From: Candidatus Falkowbacteria bacterium | GTDB taxonomy: Bacteria; Patescibacteriota; Patescibacteriia; JAACEG01 | NCBI GenBank assembly: GCA_018651725.1 | Contig: JABIDK010000001.1 | Span: 748 to 64,747 of the forward strand | Length of the DNA stretch: 64,000 nucleotides | Direction of reading: 5' to 3' | Shown: piece after piece, positions 28,221 to 37,996 of the stretch | How positions within the stretch are numbered: the stretch's first letter is position 1 | How the letters are laid out: each line of letters opens with the position of its first letter | Position numbers and translations under genes: made by a program | Notes under the pieces: model-generated | Told to the model about the DNA's origin: nothing | The model's input: the letters and a program-made list of their open reading frames with translations, nothing else | Databases searched by the model: none

Positions 28221-28970
28221 TTATTCCATGAACAAAAACAGCATCATCACTCCTATTCCTAAGATAAATGAAACAAGTTGGATAAAGGATTTTTTAACGC
28301 CCATTTCTTTATTTAATTCGGGGATTAAGTCTGAGCCGGCGATATAAATAAATCCACCGGCAGCGAAGGGAACTAGAAATAAAGTAATATTTTCTACAAA
28401 AGAAGCGAGTATCAAAGCAACGATTACTCCAAAAATAGCTGTTAAAGCTGTTAAAAAATTAAAAAGCAAAGCTTTTCCCTTTGAGAATCCCCCGTGTAAA
28501 AGTACTCCGAAGTCACCTATTTCTTGAGGGATTTCGTGCAGAGCAACCGCTATTGTTGTGGCTATCCCCGCTGGGATACTCATCATAAAGCTTGCTCCAA
28601 TAATAAGCCCGTCTATAAAATTATGCACCGCGTCTCCGAATAAATTCATAAAAGCAAACGGATGCGGATGATCATCGCTGGTTGGAATATGACAATGACG
28701 CCAATGAATAAATTTTTCTATAATAAAGAAAAAAATTAATCCAGAGAGAACAGCTAGCGAAATATTCATTCCAAAGCCATGTTCCTCAACAATCTCCGGC
28801 AATAAATGCAAAAAGGCTCCACCGAAAAGAGACCCGGCAGAGAAACTAACCAAATAAAGTAAAATCTTTTTTAAATTTTCTATCCTAAGCGAAAGCGTAA
28901 AAAGTCCAACAAAAGAAATTAAGCTCACAATAAATACGCTCACTAGAGAATAAATCCAAACTTGTAACAT
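28221..28970 (-). CDS. ZIP-family metal (zinc) transporter
   Basis: HEIPQEIGDFGVLLHGGFSK and other His-rich TM motifs. Confidence 0.8.
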   Translation of the reverse strand: MLQVWIYSLVSVFIVSLISFVGLFTLSLRIENLKKILLYLVSFSAGSLFGGAFLHLLPEIVEEHGFGMNISLAVLSGLIFFFIIEKFIHWRHCHIPTSDDHPHPFAFMNLFGDAVHNFIDGLIIGASFMMSIPAGIATTIAVALHEIPQEIGDFGVLLHGGFSKGKALLFNFLTALTAIFGVIVALILASFVENITLFLVPFAAGGFIYIAGSDLIPELNKEMGVKKSFIQLVSFILGIGVMMLFLFME

Positions 28971-29100
28971 ATAACAATATACTTACACAAATAATTTATT
29001 TTGTACAGAATTGATTATGATCTTTTTTGTAAAGTAGGTTTTGGAGATTGTTGTACGCTCCTATTTTTTAATAAACAAAATTTCTTAAAATAAATGACCT

Positions 29101-30864
29101 TTAAAATTTCTGTTTTTCCCATAGTTTGTAAAACTTTCCTTTTCGCGCAATAAGCTCATCAAAAGTACCTACCTCTAAAACTTCGCCCTTATCCATAACT
29201 ACAATCCTATCCATTTCTTTGATGGTTGAAAGGCGATGGGCGACTACAATGACTGTAATATCTTGAAAAAAAGTATGCAGTGTTTCTTGAATTTTTTTCT
29301 CTGATTCAATATCTAAATGTGAAGTTGCTTCGTCAAGCAATAAAATTTCCGGTTCTCTGTAGATTGCCCTAGCAATTCCTACTCGTTGTTTTTCGCCACC
29401 GGAAAGTTTAATTCCCTTCTCGCCAACTAAAGATTTAACACCTTTTGGAAGTTTATAAGAAAAATCTTTTACATGAGCAATATCTAATGCTTTTTGTAAA
29501 AGTTTTTGATTTTTTCCTGTTTGTGAAAGGGTGATATTTTCTTCCAACGAAAGGTTAAAAAGCTCTGTTTCTTGTGGAACAACCGCGACTTTTTCCATAT
29601 AAGATGATCTTTTAATATCATGAAGCGAATTTTTGTCGAACATGATACTTCCTCCATAGTCATCGTACAATTTTAAAATTAATTTAAAAAGTGTTGATTT
29701 GCCGGTACCGGAAATTCCTACAATGCCGATTTTTTCTCCTTTTTTAATTTCTAAAGAAAAATTTTTCAGTACTTTTTGTCCGCGATATGAAAAATTAATA
29801 TTTTTAAGTGTTAATTTTTGCCAGTCTGGATTAAATAGTTTTGTTCCGGATTTTTCAACGGTTGGTTTTGTTCTTAAAATTTCTTTCATGCGAAACATAG
29901 CGATTTTGGCTGTCACAAACTCATTGTAGGTTGCGGCAAATTCGTAGGCTGATGCTTCTATTTTCCCAAAATACAAAATTACCATTGCTAAAATACCAAC
30001 TTCTAGGTTTCCTTGAAAAATTTGCCATAGTGTAAAGACAACAAGAACAATACGAAAAAACTCTTGATAAAGATTTAAAGATCCTTCTCGAATTCGAAAG
30101 TAAAAAATTCGTTTTTTTATTTTTTCTGATAATCGCTGACTTATTTTTACTAAGAATGGATAAATTTTTTCGCCAATTCTAAGAGACTTTACTATGGATA
30201 TGTTATTAATAGACTCAAAAGAGATCCCGCTAAAATTTTCCCATTCTAAATTGCAAATATGCGCCTGATCAACCGCTTTTTTTGTAAGATGATAAGAAAG
30301 AAGATAATAAGTAATAAAAAAGAGAATAAGCAGAACCGCAAAGAAAATGTTAAAAAAAGCAAGAATAATAACAATAGCGATCAAATTTATAGTCGATTTA
30401 ACAGCTGTGTTGATATACATTCTAATAATACGCTTCAAACTTTCTCCGCCTTGTAAAATTTTTTGCATTTTATTACCGGTATTTTCTTTTTCATGCCAAT
30501 CCATGTTGAGACTATAGAGATACCTGGTAGTATTTTTCCGAGCATCTATACCAATGTTTTCAGCTATTTGATAGATGTAATACTTACAAAGTTCATGAGT
30601 TATAAAATAATACAAGGCCACTACGGCAGTAGCACCAAGCAATTGCCAAACATAAAGAGTACTGTCCCCGCTTTGATAATTAGAAACAAAAGTAATAATT
30701 TCAGATAACACCCAGACAGGGAAAAGCCAAACAAGATCACTAGTTATTCTAATTATTGAACCAAGAAAAAACTTAGCTTTATACGGTTTTATAAAGCTCC
30801 AAACATCTTTTATAAGTTCGATGTTGGTATAATTTATGTGTTTTTTTAGATTTTTTTTAATCAT
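29101..30864 (-). CDS. ABC transporter, fused permease and ATPase (MsbA-like exporter)
   Basis: Six-TM N-terminal half, Walker A GISGTGKST, signature LSGGEKQRVGIARAI, Walker B ILLLDEATSHLD. Confidence 0.85.
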   Translation of the reverse strand: MIKKNLKKHINYTNIELIKDVWSFIKPYKAKFFLGSIIRITSDLVWLFPVWVLSEIITFVSNYQSGDSTLYVWQLLGATAVVALYYFITHELCKYYIYQIAENIGIDARKNTTRYLYSLNMDWHEKENTGNKMQKILQGGESLKRIIRMYINTAVKSTINLIAIVIILAFFNIFFAVLLILFFITYYLLSYHLTKKAVDQAHICNLEWENFSGISFESINNISIVKSLRIGEKIYPFLVKISQRLSEKIKKRIFYFRIREGSLNLYQEFFRIVLVVFTLWQIFQGNLEVGILAMVILYFGKIEASAYEFAATYNEFVTAKIAMFRMKEILRTKPTVEKSGTKLFNPDWQKLTLKNINFSYRGQKVLKNFSLEIKKGEKIGIVGISGTGKSTLFKLILKLYDDYGGSIMFDKNSLHDIKRSSYMEKVAVVPQETELFNLSLEENITLSQTGKNQKLLQKALDIAHVKDFSYKLPKGVKSLVGEKGIKLSGGEKQRVGIARAIYREPEILLLDEATSHLDIESEKKIQETLHTFFQDITVIVVAHRLSTIKEMDRIVVMDKGEVLEVGTFDELIARKGKFYKLWEKQKF

Positions 30865-30868
30865 ATTT

Positions 30869-31618
30869 TTATTTTTTTAATAAATCCCAAATTAAATAAA
30901 ACATAGACCTTTGACTTTGGGCAAGCTCCTTGCTTTCAATAACTATTGCCATCATTTCTTTTTTAAAAGAAAACATAGCGATTTTGTCACCCCAAATCAT
31001 TATTAAACTGTGATGATCATAGCTCTTTGGAGAAATCTTTACTTCTCTCAATTCTTGTCGCCCGATTTTCTTTCTTTCTTGCGCTTTTAGCGAATCTTTT
31101 AAAATCGTTTTTACAGGTATTTTTTTCTTAATTCTATTCTTTAAAAAATTCGGCCAGTAATTGCCTAAATTTGCAAAATGGTCTTCAGCCGAGCTAAAGC
31201 CCAAAATTTCTTTGGCTTCATTTAAAACTTGTGCTAAAACAATTTTCATACCATCTGTTCCCTCGTAGAAATAGATTCCGGGCTTAGTTTTGCTGACATT
31301 ATCTATTGATGCTAGCTTAGGCAAAATTTGCTCTAAAAGATTTTCTCTTTGTTTAATAATTATTTTTAACTCTTTCGGATTTACTGCTAAAAATCTTTTC
31401 TTCTTGCCCTCTGAAGCGGTTTTTATAATACCTTCTTTAATCATCTCGTCAATAACGTCATAAATAGTAGTACGCTTAACTTCGGATTTACGCGCTATTT
31501 CTTTAATGGAAGTTTTGCCCAATTCTAAACAGGCTAAATATATTTTAGCCTGTTTTTCATTTAAACCAACTTGTTGTAAAGCAGAAACAAGCATTCTCAC
31601 TGTATTAAAAGTCGACAT
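30869..31618 (-). CDS. TrmB-family transcriptional regulator, paralog 2
   Basis: GLNEKQAKIYLACLELGKTSIKEIARKSEVKRTTIYDVIDEMIKEGII, a TrmB-type wHTH. Confidence 0.7.
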   Translation of the reverse strand: MSTFNTVRMLVSALQQVGLNEKQAKIYLACLELGKTSIKEIARKSEVKRTTIYDVIDEMIKEGIIKTASEGKKKRFLAVNPKELKIIIKQRENLLEQILPKLASIDNVSKTKPGIYFYEGTDGMKIVLAQVLNEAKEILGFSSAEDHFANLGNYWPNFLKNRIKKKIPVKTILKDSLKAQERKKIGRQELREVKISPKSYDHHSLIMIWGDKIAMFSFKKEMMAIVIESKELAQSQRSMFYLIWDLLKK

Positions 31619-31719
31619 TCTCGACTACATTTATATTATAGCATAATATGATATTTTGTCAATGCTTAAGCAATATTTTACAATATTTAACAAAATATCA
31701 TAATTTTATGTCGAAATAC

Positions 31720-31748
31720 TTGACAAAATAATAAAGGTATGTTATACT
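31720..31748 (+). promoter_or_regulatory. Consensus sigma70 promoter (TTGACA, 17-nt spacer, TATACT) embedded in TTGACAAAAT-type palindromic operator motifs
   Basis: The region reads cttgacaaaataataaaggtatgttatactg. Upstream motifs atgatattttgtcaatg and ttaacaaaatatcataatt form inverted repeats. Confidence 0.6.
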
Positions 31749-31780
31749 GATTCATCAAGCTAAAAATAGTTTGAAGTTCA

Positions 31781-32410
31781 TTGACAAACACTCACCTGCG
31801 AAAGGCCGCTCTCCTATTGTTGTCAGGGAGGCAGAAGTCGGAGCTACACTGCGTAAATGAGTTAAATTTTATGACAGTAAACCAAGGAAAGGAAAAAATG
31901 AAAAACAAAGGATTAAAAAGAGATCAAGAAATAAGAGAGACCGGAGTACTATTCAAAATTATTAATGTTATTAATGGTATGTTGCAAACAAAAAACGATC
32001 ATCTCAGTAAATATATTCTGGTTATTATGTATTTTATGTCACATGACAAATATACAACAGCCAGGAGTATTGCAAATTGTTTGGTCGAATTGTCAACATT
32101 GACCAAACTGCCAATGCCAAAAGTAATGATTGAGGCTGAAATTATTTACGAAACCTCAATTAAAAAAGCAGAGAATCGCATCCTGAGAAAAGTTATGAAA
32201 ATACTTGGCGATTACAAGCGAAAAAATCAGCTTACTGAACAAGTGTCATTTATGGGACGTCCTGACGAAATGGAGTCAAAAATTTGTAATGCTTTTGGTG
32301 AGGTGTTGGGTTATGACAACATCCCCATCGGAACCAATGTTGCATGGAGATTGACTGAGAAAGGCAGAAAAAAAGCTGAAAAAATAATCATAAGGTATTA
32401 TTACACTTAA
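31781..32410 (+). CDS. Hypothetical protein; the true start is likely the internal ATG at about 31899, after an AGGAAAGGA RBS
   Basis: The first roughly 40 codons of the ORF are GC-rich and look like structured leader rather than coding sequence. Confidence 0.45.
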   Translation: MTNTHLRKAALLLLSGRQKSELHCVNELNFMTVNQGKEKMKNKGLKRDQEIRETGVLFKIINVINGMLQTKNDHLSKYILVIMYFMSHDKYTTARSIANCLVELSTLTKLPMPKVMIEAEIIYETSIKKAENRILRKVMKILGDYKRKNQLTEQVSFMGRPDEMESKICNAFGEVLGYDNIPIGTNVAWRLTEKGRKKAEKIIIRYYYT

Positions 32411-32428
32411 ACAAAAAAGGAGAAAACA

Positions 32429-33076
32429 ATGAAAATAGAGGAATTTTTCCAAATTGCTGAGAACGAAGGCGTTGTCGATATCGAGGATACAACTATCGTT
32501 GGTGACATCAAGCTGGAAGGCAAGGTATTTAGAAAAGGAATTAAGTTATTAGAGGGCAATGAGCTTGAAGGCGAAATCGTGATGCGCGAATGCAAATTTC
32601 TTGATGATGTTAATTTGGAAGGCGGTATTTTTTATAATAACGTAAAAATTTCGGGTTGCGCTTTTTTCGGCGATCTTTTGATTGGCTTTCTTAGTAAAAA
32701 ACTATTGATTCAAAAAACAGAGCTACAAGGCGGGATATCATTTGTTGGTTCTTCTGACGAACAAAACTCCGGAATTTTTCTTTTCGATAATGGCATTCTT
32801 GGAAATATTGATTTTTCCGGTCACGACATAGGGCTCGCAGTAAGAATTATAAGATGCCAATGTCATGGAAGCCTTATATTGGGTGATGCAAAATTTGAGC
32901 AAGATCTTTCAATCCTTGAGTCTAAAATTAAAAATGTTATAACCTTTCAACATTATGATATTGGGTCGGGTTGCGAAATTATGGGCAATGTTTTCACCGA
33001 CGATCCGGAAATAGCACAACTGTTGGCACTGTCCAAGGTTGGTGTTTATACGAACCTGCAAAAAAAGGAGAAATAA
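32429..33076 (+). CDS. Hypothetical repeat protein with a beta-helix-like periodicity (recurring LEG / G.I motifs)
   Basis: IVGDIKLEGKVFRKGIKLLEGNELEGEIVMRECKFLDDVNLEGGIFYNNVKISG... Confidence 0.5.
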   Translation: MKIEEFFQIAENEGVVDIEDTTIVGDIKLEGKVFRKGIKLLEGNELEGEIVMRECKFLDDVNLEGGIFYNNVKISGCAFFGDLLIGFLSKKLLIQKTELQGGISFVGSSDEQNSGIFLFDNGILGNIDFSGHDIGLAVRIIRCQCHGSLILGDAKFEQDLSILESKIKNVITFQHYDIGSGCEIMGNVFTDDPEIAQLLALSKVGVYTNLQKKEK

Positions 33077-33077
33077 A

Positions 33078-33518
33078 ATGAAAATAACATCGGAAATGAT
33101 ACCGAAAAATGCGGTGGTCATGGGGAAAATGCTGGCTATAGAAGCGTATGACGAAGGAAAAGATCCTTCTGAAATATTGCTGAAAGCTCACCGTTTCGTG
33201 CAACAAAGTGAAGAATGTTGCTGCAATTCGGCAATTTCTATTGCTGAATTCGCGCTCTGCGTAGAGTGCGAAAATGTGGCTGAGCATATAAAAAACTTCA
33301 CGTACTGCAAAAAATCGCCACAGTGGAGTGAGCGCAAGCCTGTGTCAGCGTTCAGAATCGACCCACCGTTTGACAGCTATACGCTCGTAATAAAGCGACC
33401 CTTTAACGAAGAAGGCCGACAACGAGAGTTGGCTTCTGTTCGAGAGGACATAGATGAGCTTAAGGCGAAAGGAGAGATCGCTGCCAACTGGGGTGGCGTT
33501 ATGATTACTGGTGATTAA
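33078..33518 (+). CDS. Hypothetical Cys-rich protein (EECCCNS...CVEC)
   Basis: ATG at 33078 with RBS aaggag. The ORF-track start at 33039 overlaps the previous gene, so I prefer 33078. Confidence 0.45.
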   Translation: MKITSEMIPKNAVVMGKMLAIEAYDEGKDPSEILLKAHRFVQQSEECCCNSAISIAEFALCVECENVAEHIKNFTYCKKSPQWSERKPVSAFRIDPPFDSYTLVIKRPFNEEGRQRELASVREDIDELKAKGEIAANWGGVMITGD

Positions 33519-33536
33519 GGAGGTAAAAAACACCAA

Positions 33537-33575
33537 GCCGTTGTCTGTTATTTAAGACAACGGCTTTTTTCTTTT
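33537..33575 (+). terminator. Rho-independent terminator ending the 31.8-33.5 kb operon
   Basis: gccgttgtctgttatttaagacaacggcttttttctttt. Confidence 0.75.
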
Positions 33576-33610
33576 AGAGAAAATTTTTTACAAGTTTGTT
33601 AGGGAGCTTT

Positions 33611-34327
33611 TTAATTTTTTTGAAAAACTATATTCCACTGCCCTTGTTCTTTTTTATTAGGAGTTAAATCAATAGGTTCTTGGATAATTTTCAGTCCATT
33701 CTTTTTTCCAAGACAAAACAATTCTTTTGCGGTGAAAAAATGCGCCTTATTACCTTCTGGTGTTCTGTAAGTTGCGCCGCGGTCATTCTTAACTAACTTG
33801 TTAACAGCAGGGACTTTGGCTGTAGTTGATTTAACGCGCAAAAAGAACAGCCCTTTCTTTTTCAATACTCTATTTGTCTCAGAAAAACAAAGTTCAGCCC
33901 CTTTCCAATCATTAAATTGAAACACTTGAATACTGACAACAGAGTCAAAATATTGATTAACGAAGGGTAAATCATGGGCATCACCTAAAACTAAATTTGC
34001 GTGCAATTTGCGAGCTTTCAATTTTTTGTTTGCAGTTTCTATGCCTGTTTTTGTCAGCTCTAAGCCGACAACATTAAAACCAGCCTGAGCAAGCTGCAAC
34101 ATATGCCTGCCCTCGCCACTGCCAATATCAAGTATTTTAGGTCCAAGTTTTGTTTTATATTTTTTCAAAAAATCCTCAAATACAAAATCCCTGCCACCGC
34201 CCCAGCTTTTTTGATACCTATTTTCCCAATCTTTTCTAGTAATCGCCACGTCTGATTGTATTTTTTTATTTGTCATACTTTTTAAAATAACTAATCTCCT
34301 ATAAAATAATTCTTTTTTCTTAGTCAT
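33611..34327 (-). CDS. Class I SAM-dependent methyltransferase
   Basis: Motif I ILDIGSGEGRHMLQLAQAGFNVVGLE. Confidence 0.75.
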   Translation of the reverse strand: MTKKKELFYRRLVILKSMTNKKIQSDVAITRKDWENRYQKSWGGGRDFVFEDFLKKYKTKLGPKILDIGSGEGRHMLQLAQAGFNVVGLELTKTGIETANKKLKARKLHANLVLGDAHDLPFVNQYFDSVVSIQVFQFNDWKGAELCFSETNRVLKKKGLFFLRVKSTTAKVPAVNKLVKNDRGATYRTPEGNKAHFFTAKELFCLGKKNGLKIIQEPIDLTPNKKEQGQWNIVFQKN

Positions 34328-34339
34328 GTTGTTTTAATT

Positions 34340-34915
34340 TTATTTTTTACCAAACATATTTCTAAAAAATCTCCATCTTTCTATAATGTGAAAAAGTGTG
34401 ACCCAGAACATCATAACTCCTGATAAGACATGTAGCTTCATCATAGAGAAAGAGAAAGGCAAAGAAAAATAAATTTCTAGAGCCAAAAACATTCCAAGAA
34501 TGCCGGAGAGTAGAAAAGAAAATAACAAAACTGTGTTCCAAATTTTTTTATGTGTTAAAAGGGTAATTTTTTTTAATCTTTGCAAAATAAAAGAAATAGC
34601 ATACAAAATTATAACAACCATGGATAGCTCCCAAACTTTATATTTTTTTGCAATAGTTATTTGTTCTAGAGAATTATTTTTTTCTAAGTTAATACTTTTG
34701 TTCTCTGCAGCGTGAGTACTAGCAGAAAGTTTACCATTATCACAAAAACTGTCTTTATCGCTGTCAACAAACCTGCCACATTGACCGGTACAATCAGTTT
34801 CATTAAAAGGACAATCACTCGCGGAATGCGCTATTGGAATAAAGCTAACGCTAAAAAGCCAGCTACAAATTACCACGCTAAAAATTAAAAATTGTTTTAA
34901 ATTGATATTATGCAT
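34340..34915 (-). CDS. Hypothetical membrane protein with a Cys-rich N-terminal region
   Basis: Signal/TM segment, CPFNETDCTGQCGRF...FCDNG, then TM helices. Confidence 0.5.
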   Translation of the reverse strand: MHNINLKQFLIFSVVICSWLFSVSFIPIAHSASDCPFNETDCTGQCGRFVDSDKDSFCDNGKLSASTHAAENKSINLEKNNSLEQITIAKKYKVWELSMVVIILYAISFILQRLKKITLLTHKKIWNTVLLFSFLLSGILGMFLALEIYFSLPFSFSMMKLHVLSGVMMFWVTLFHIIERWRFFRNMFGKK

Positions 34916-34929
34916 AGTTTATTATTTTT

Positions 34930-35502
34930 TTAATCTATTTTTTGATTCAGGTCATCTTCTTTTATAGGGGGTTCCTTTGCGTCTAGTGGTGATTCATTCT
35001 GTTTAGTTTCGTCTTTCGTCTTGTCTTCTGTTTTATTATGACTACAGCAATGCGCTATTTCTTGATTTAGTTTTTCTCCTTCCCCGGCTATTTTTGTTAT
35101 TACTAGATCAATAATCATCCCTATTATTCCGCCAAAGATTAACACCATCCAAAAGCCTTGTTTGGCAAGTTCTGGGTTCGGACCCATCAAGGCTCCAAGT
35201 GCAAGAGGCAAAGAAATTAAAAGACCAACTTTGGCTCCGCGAATATACGCTGGAATTCTAAGATCAAGCATTGGATGTTTTGTGATAAACCCGGCGATTG
35301 CCACTACAACCCCGATAGTAAATCTATTAGCAATGGTTGACCACATCATCATATTTGACCAAGACCAAACTTGATATTTGACCATTTCAGCCGGCATATT
35401 CGAGTTTGAAGAAAACCCGGCAAAACAAAGCAGACCAAAAATTATCCCCAACGCTGATCCTAAAACAATTCGCCTTGATAAAAAAGTACATTTTTTTGTC
35501 AT
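34930..35502 (-). CDS. Hypothetical integral membrane protein
   Basis: Multiple hydrophobic helices and a charged C-terminal tail. Confidence 0.5.
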   Translation of the reverse strand: MTKKCTFLSRRIVLGSALGIIFGLLCFAGFSSNSNMPAEMVKYQVWSWSNMMMWSTIANRFTIGVVVAIAGFITKHPMLDLRIPAYIRGAKVGLLISLPLALGALMGPNPELAKQGFWMVLIFGGIIGMIIDLVITKIAGEGEKLNQEIAHCCSHNKTEDKTKDETKQNESPLDAKEPPIKEDDLNQKID

Positions 35503-35534
35503 AAATTTTTATGTTAAATGGGACCGTCCCTAAA

Positions 35535-35780
35535 TTAATAAATTAATTTCTCTTTTTCTTTTCGAGAAAGTTGTTTTATGCGAAGTTCTTCTTTTGAAGC
35601 GCTGGAACGGTCATGGAATTTTGTGCTGTAAACTAATTTTACCGGTCTTCTGGCGCGTGTGTATTTTGATCCTAAGTTATCGTCGTTGTTATGTTCGTTA
35701 ACTCGTCGTTTAATGTTGGTTGTAATTCCGGTGTAAAGTGTATTGTCAGAACACTTTAGAATGTATACAAAATATTTCAT
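35535..35780 (-). CDS. GIY-YIG nuclease-domain protein (UPF0213-like)
   Basis: FVYILKCSDNTLYTGITTNIKRRVNEHN, 81 aa. Confidence 0.8.
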   Translation of the reverse strand: MKYFVYILKCSDNTLYTGITTNIKRRVNEHNNDDNLGSKYTRARRPVKLVYSTKFHDRSSASKEELRIKQLSRKEKEKLIY

Positions 35781-35787
35781 GGCTTTT

Positions 35788-36483
35788 TTATTTCTTCATA
35801 TAATGCTTTCTATCTTTCTCGTTTAGTTTTTCAAGAGAATATCTAAGCATTGTTCGCGGCATTTTTTTATAATGTTTATCTAAAAAATTTTTTAATTCTT
35901 TTTCGTTTCTTTTCCCCATTTCGCGAAGCATCCAGCCAACTGCTTTATGAATTAGGTCGTGTTCATCTTTTAATAATATCTTTGAAATTTTTATTGTATC
36001 TTTAAAGTCGTTGTTTCTTATAAAAGTAAAGGTAGAAAGAATAGCAATTCGACGGTCCCATAAATTTTTTGACTTTACTAGCTCGTACAAAATATTTCTT
36101 TTTTTGTTTAATAAGTAGTCACCAACAATTTTTGGCGCGGAAAGATCAACTAAGTCCCAGTTATTTATATTTTTAGTATTTTTTAAGTAAAATTTATAGA
36201 TTTTTTCTTTGTTGCTTTCTATTTTATATTTATGAATAAGAATAAAAAGTGCAATTAATCGTTCCTCGTGAATTTTATTGTTTAACAGTTTCTGAATATC
36301 ATTAATTAATAAAGTTTTATATTTGATAGCAATCTTTCTTTGAATCGGCACTTTAATCCCTAAAAAAATATCCCCCTCCCCATACTGGCCTTTGCCGGTT
36401 TTAAAAAATCCTTGCAAAATTTTGGCTTGCCTAGAGTTAGCAAGACTTTTTAACTCTTTTTTTAATTCCAGTACATTATTCAT
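35788..36483 (-). CDS. DNA alkylation repair enzyme (AlkC/AlkD-like HEAT-repeat glycosylase family)
   Basis: The N-terminal ELKSLANSRQAKILQGFFKTGKGQYGEGDIFLGIKVP pattern and a HEAT-like repeat architecture. Confidence 0.7.
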   Translation of the reverse strand: MNNVLELKKELKSLANSRQAKILQGFFKTGKGQYGEGDIFLGIKVPIQRKIAIKYKTLLINDIQKLLNNKIHEERLIALFILIHKYKIESNKEKIYKFYLKNTKNINNWDLVDLSAPKIVGDYLLNKKRNILYELVKSKNLWDRRIAILSTFTFIRNNDFKDTIKISKILLKDEHDLIHKAVGWMLREMGKRNEKELKNFLDKHYKKMPRTMLRYSLEKLNEKDRKHYMKK

Positions 36484-36570
36484 ATTTAAATTTTAACATT
36501 GACGAAAAAATAAAACTATAGCAAAATTAAGAAAACGAACCCTACAATTTAACAAAAGGAGATACAGTTA

Positions 36571-36810
36571 ATGAACATCACTAGAAATCAAAATAAAATT
36601 GTTATTACTCTAAAACCGGGCGATTGCTTTAATGTTGTAACATCAGCTGGCGGGAGACGACACCTTATTGAGGTCACAGACACTGTCAATGGAATAACAA
36701 TTCGTACGGAAAATGTAAATAGTATCAAAGAGGTTTCCGGCTTTATCTGTAAACCAGAGAGGAGTCTTAAGGACTACCGAACACTCACTTACATGGTAAA
36801 AGACATTTAA
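36571..36810 (+). CDS. Small hypothetical protein (79 aa)
   Basis: RBS aaaaggag; followed by a terminator at 36846-36880. Confidence 0.4.
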   Translation: MNITRNQNKIVITLKPGDCFNVVTSAGGRRHLIEVTDTVNGITIRTENVNSIKEVSGFICKPERSLKDYRTLTYMVKDI

Positions 36811-36845
36811 AGGAATCAATAGTGGTTCCAAATTTTCTAAAACCG

Positions 36846-36880
36846 CCCTTGGGAGAATAACTTCCCAGGGGTTTTTTATT
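36846..36880 (+). terminator. Rho-independent terminator
   Basis: cccttgggagaataacttcccaggggttttttatttt. Confidence 0.7.
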
Positions 36881-37166
36881 TTCTAATTTTTGGCGGATCA
36901 GTGTATCTTTTTGGATTCTTTTTGTATTTTTCTTCCAATCTTTCCAGCTGCAAATCAATGCTAGGTTTAATTTTATATTTAGCCTCAAATATTTCAATTA
37001 AATTTCTCATACTGGCTGCCCATTTTTTAGGGTCATTTTCAAAAATCTCCTTAGCATGTTTAACAATATGTCTTTTTAAAGAAAGATCTGTTTCGTCTTT
37101 AGAAATATCTTTAATCCATTTCGTAAGATATTTTCTTTTATCTTTTTTTAATAATTTTTGTAACAT
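36876..37166 (-). CDS. Small hypothetical basic protein (96 aa)
   Basis: ORF only. Confidence 0.4.
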   Translation of the reverse strand: MLQKLLKKDKRKYLTKWIKDISKDETDLSLKRHIVKHAKEIFENDPKKWAASMRNLIEIFEAKYKIKPSIDLQLERLEEKYKKNPKRYTDPPKIRK

Positions 37167-37281
37167 ATTTTAATGATATCATAGTTATGATAAATTTGTA
37201 AAATTAAAAAAAGAAAGCCATCGAACTTTACATTCAATGGCTTTTTGTTTGTTGTCCGTTAGTTAACGGAGTAGATTTGTT

Positions 37282-37905
37282 TTAGGACGATTTTTCAATT
37301 AGTTTTGCTTTAATTTGCGCCTTTTTCATTTTTTTGAATTGTGTGCGGTAGTTGGACACCATACTAACTCCGAAAATTTTAATATCATAGACCATGTAAC
37401 CGTCATTTACTTGAATCATTTTGTAAACAACAGAGTTATCCTCCTCTGGGTCAAGGTTTTTTCCGGCAAGATAGGTATAAACGCTAAACCTCTTTCTTTT
37501 TTTTGGCTTTACTTTAATTTTCTTTTCTTTTTTACAGATAATTTGAACATCTTTATGATTTTGTTTGATGTTATCGAAATAAAAATTGATTATTAGGCAC
37601 TGGAATAGCTTTGCAAATTCATTAAATTCAGTTTCGCTGAAATGTTTATAGTGTTTTCTGCCGAGGGCCGAGCGAAAGATCAGTTTAAAATTAACTAATG
37701 TACAAAGAATCTTTGCTACTTCTTCTTTTTGTTGCTTTTCTGGCAGGTCTAGAGTTTCTGGATTTTCAAATACCGCTAACACTTGATTGATTTTTACTTC
37801 AACTAGTTTAGTTGGAGTTGACAGAGCAAGATTCTGTCCGTAAACAGGAAAGCTAAACAACAAAAAAATTAACATTGATGCAAATAAAAAAGTTCGCTTA
37901 AACAT
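37282..37905 (-). CDS. Secreted protein, possibly MlaC/Ttg2D-like phospholipid-binding ABC auxiliary component
   Basis: Signal peptide, then ALGRKHYKHFSETEFNEFAKLFQCLIINFY, which resembles the MlaC pattern. Confidence 0.4.
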   Translation of the reverse strand: MFKRTFLFASMLIFLLFSFPVYGQNLALSTPTKLVEVKINQVLAVFENPETLDLPEKQQKEEVAKILCTLVNFKLIFRSALGRKHYKHFSETEFNEFAKLFQCLIINFYFDNIKQNHKDVQIICKKEKKIKVKPKKRKRFSVYTYLAGKNLDPEEDNSVVYKMIQVNDGYMVYDIKIFGVSMVSNYRTQFKKMKKAQIKAKLIEKSS

Positions 37906-37996
37906 AACCCCTCCCTTGTTTTAGGTTGTAATGAGCTTTTTCGTGATTATTAATTTTATAGTGTACATATTATGATTAAAATTGTCAATAAGCTAA

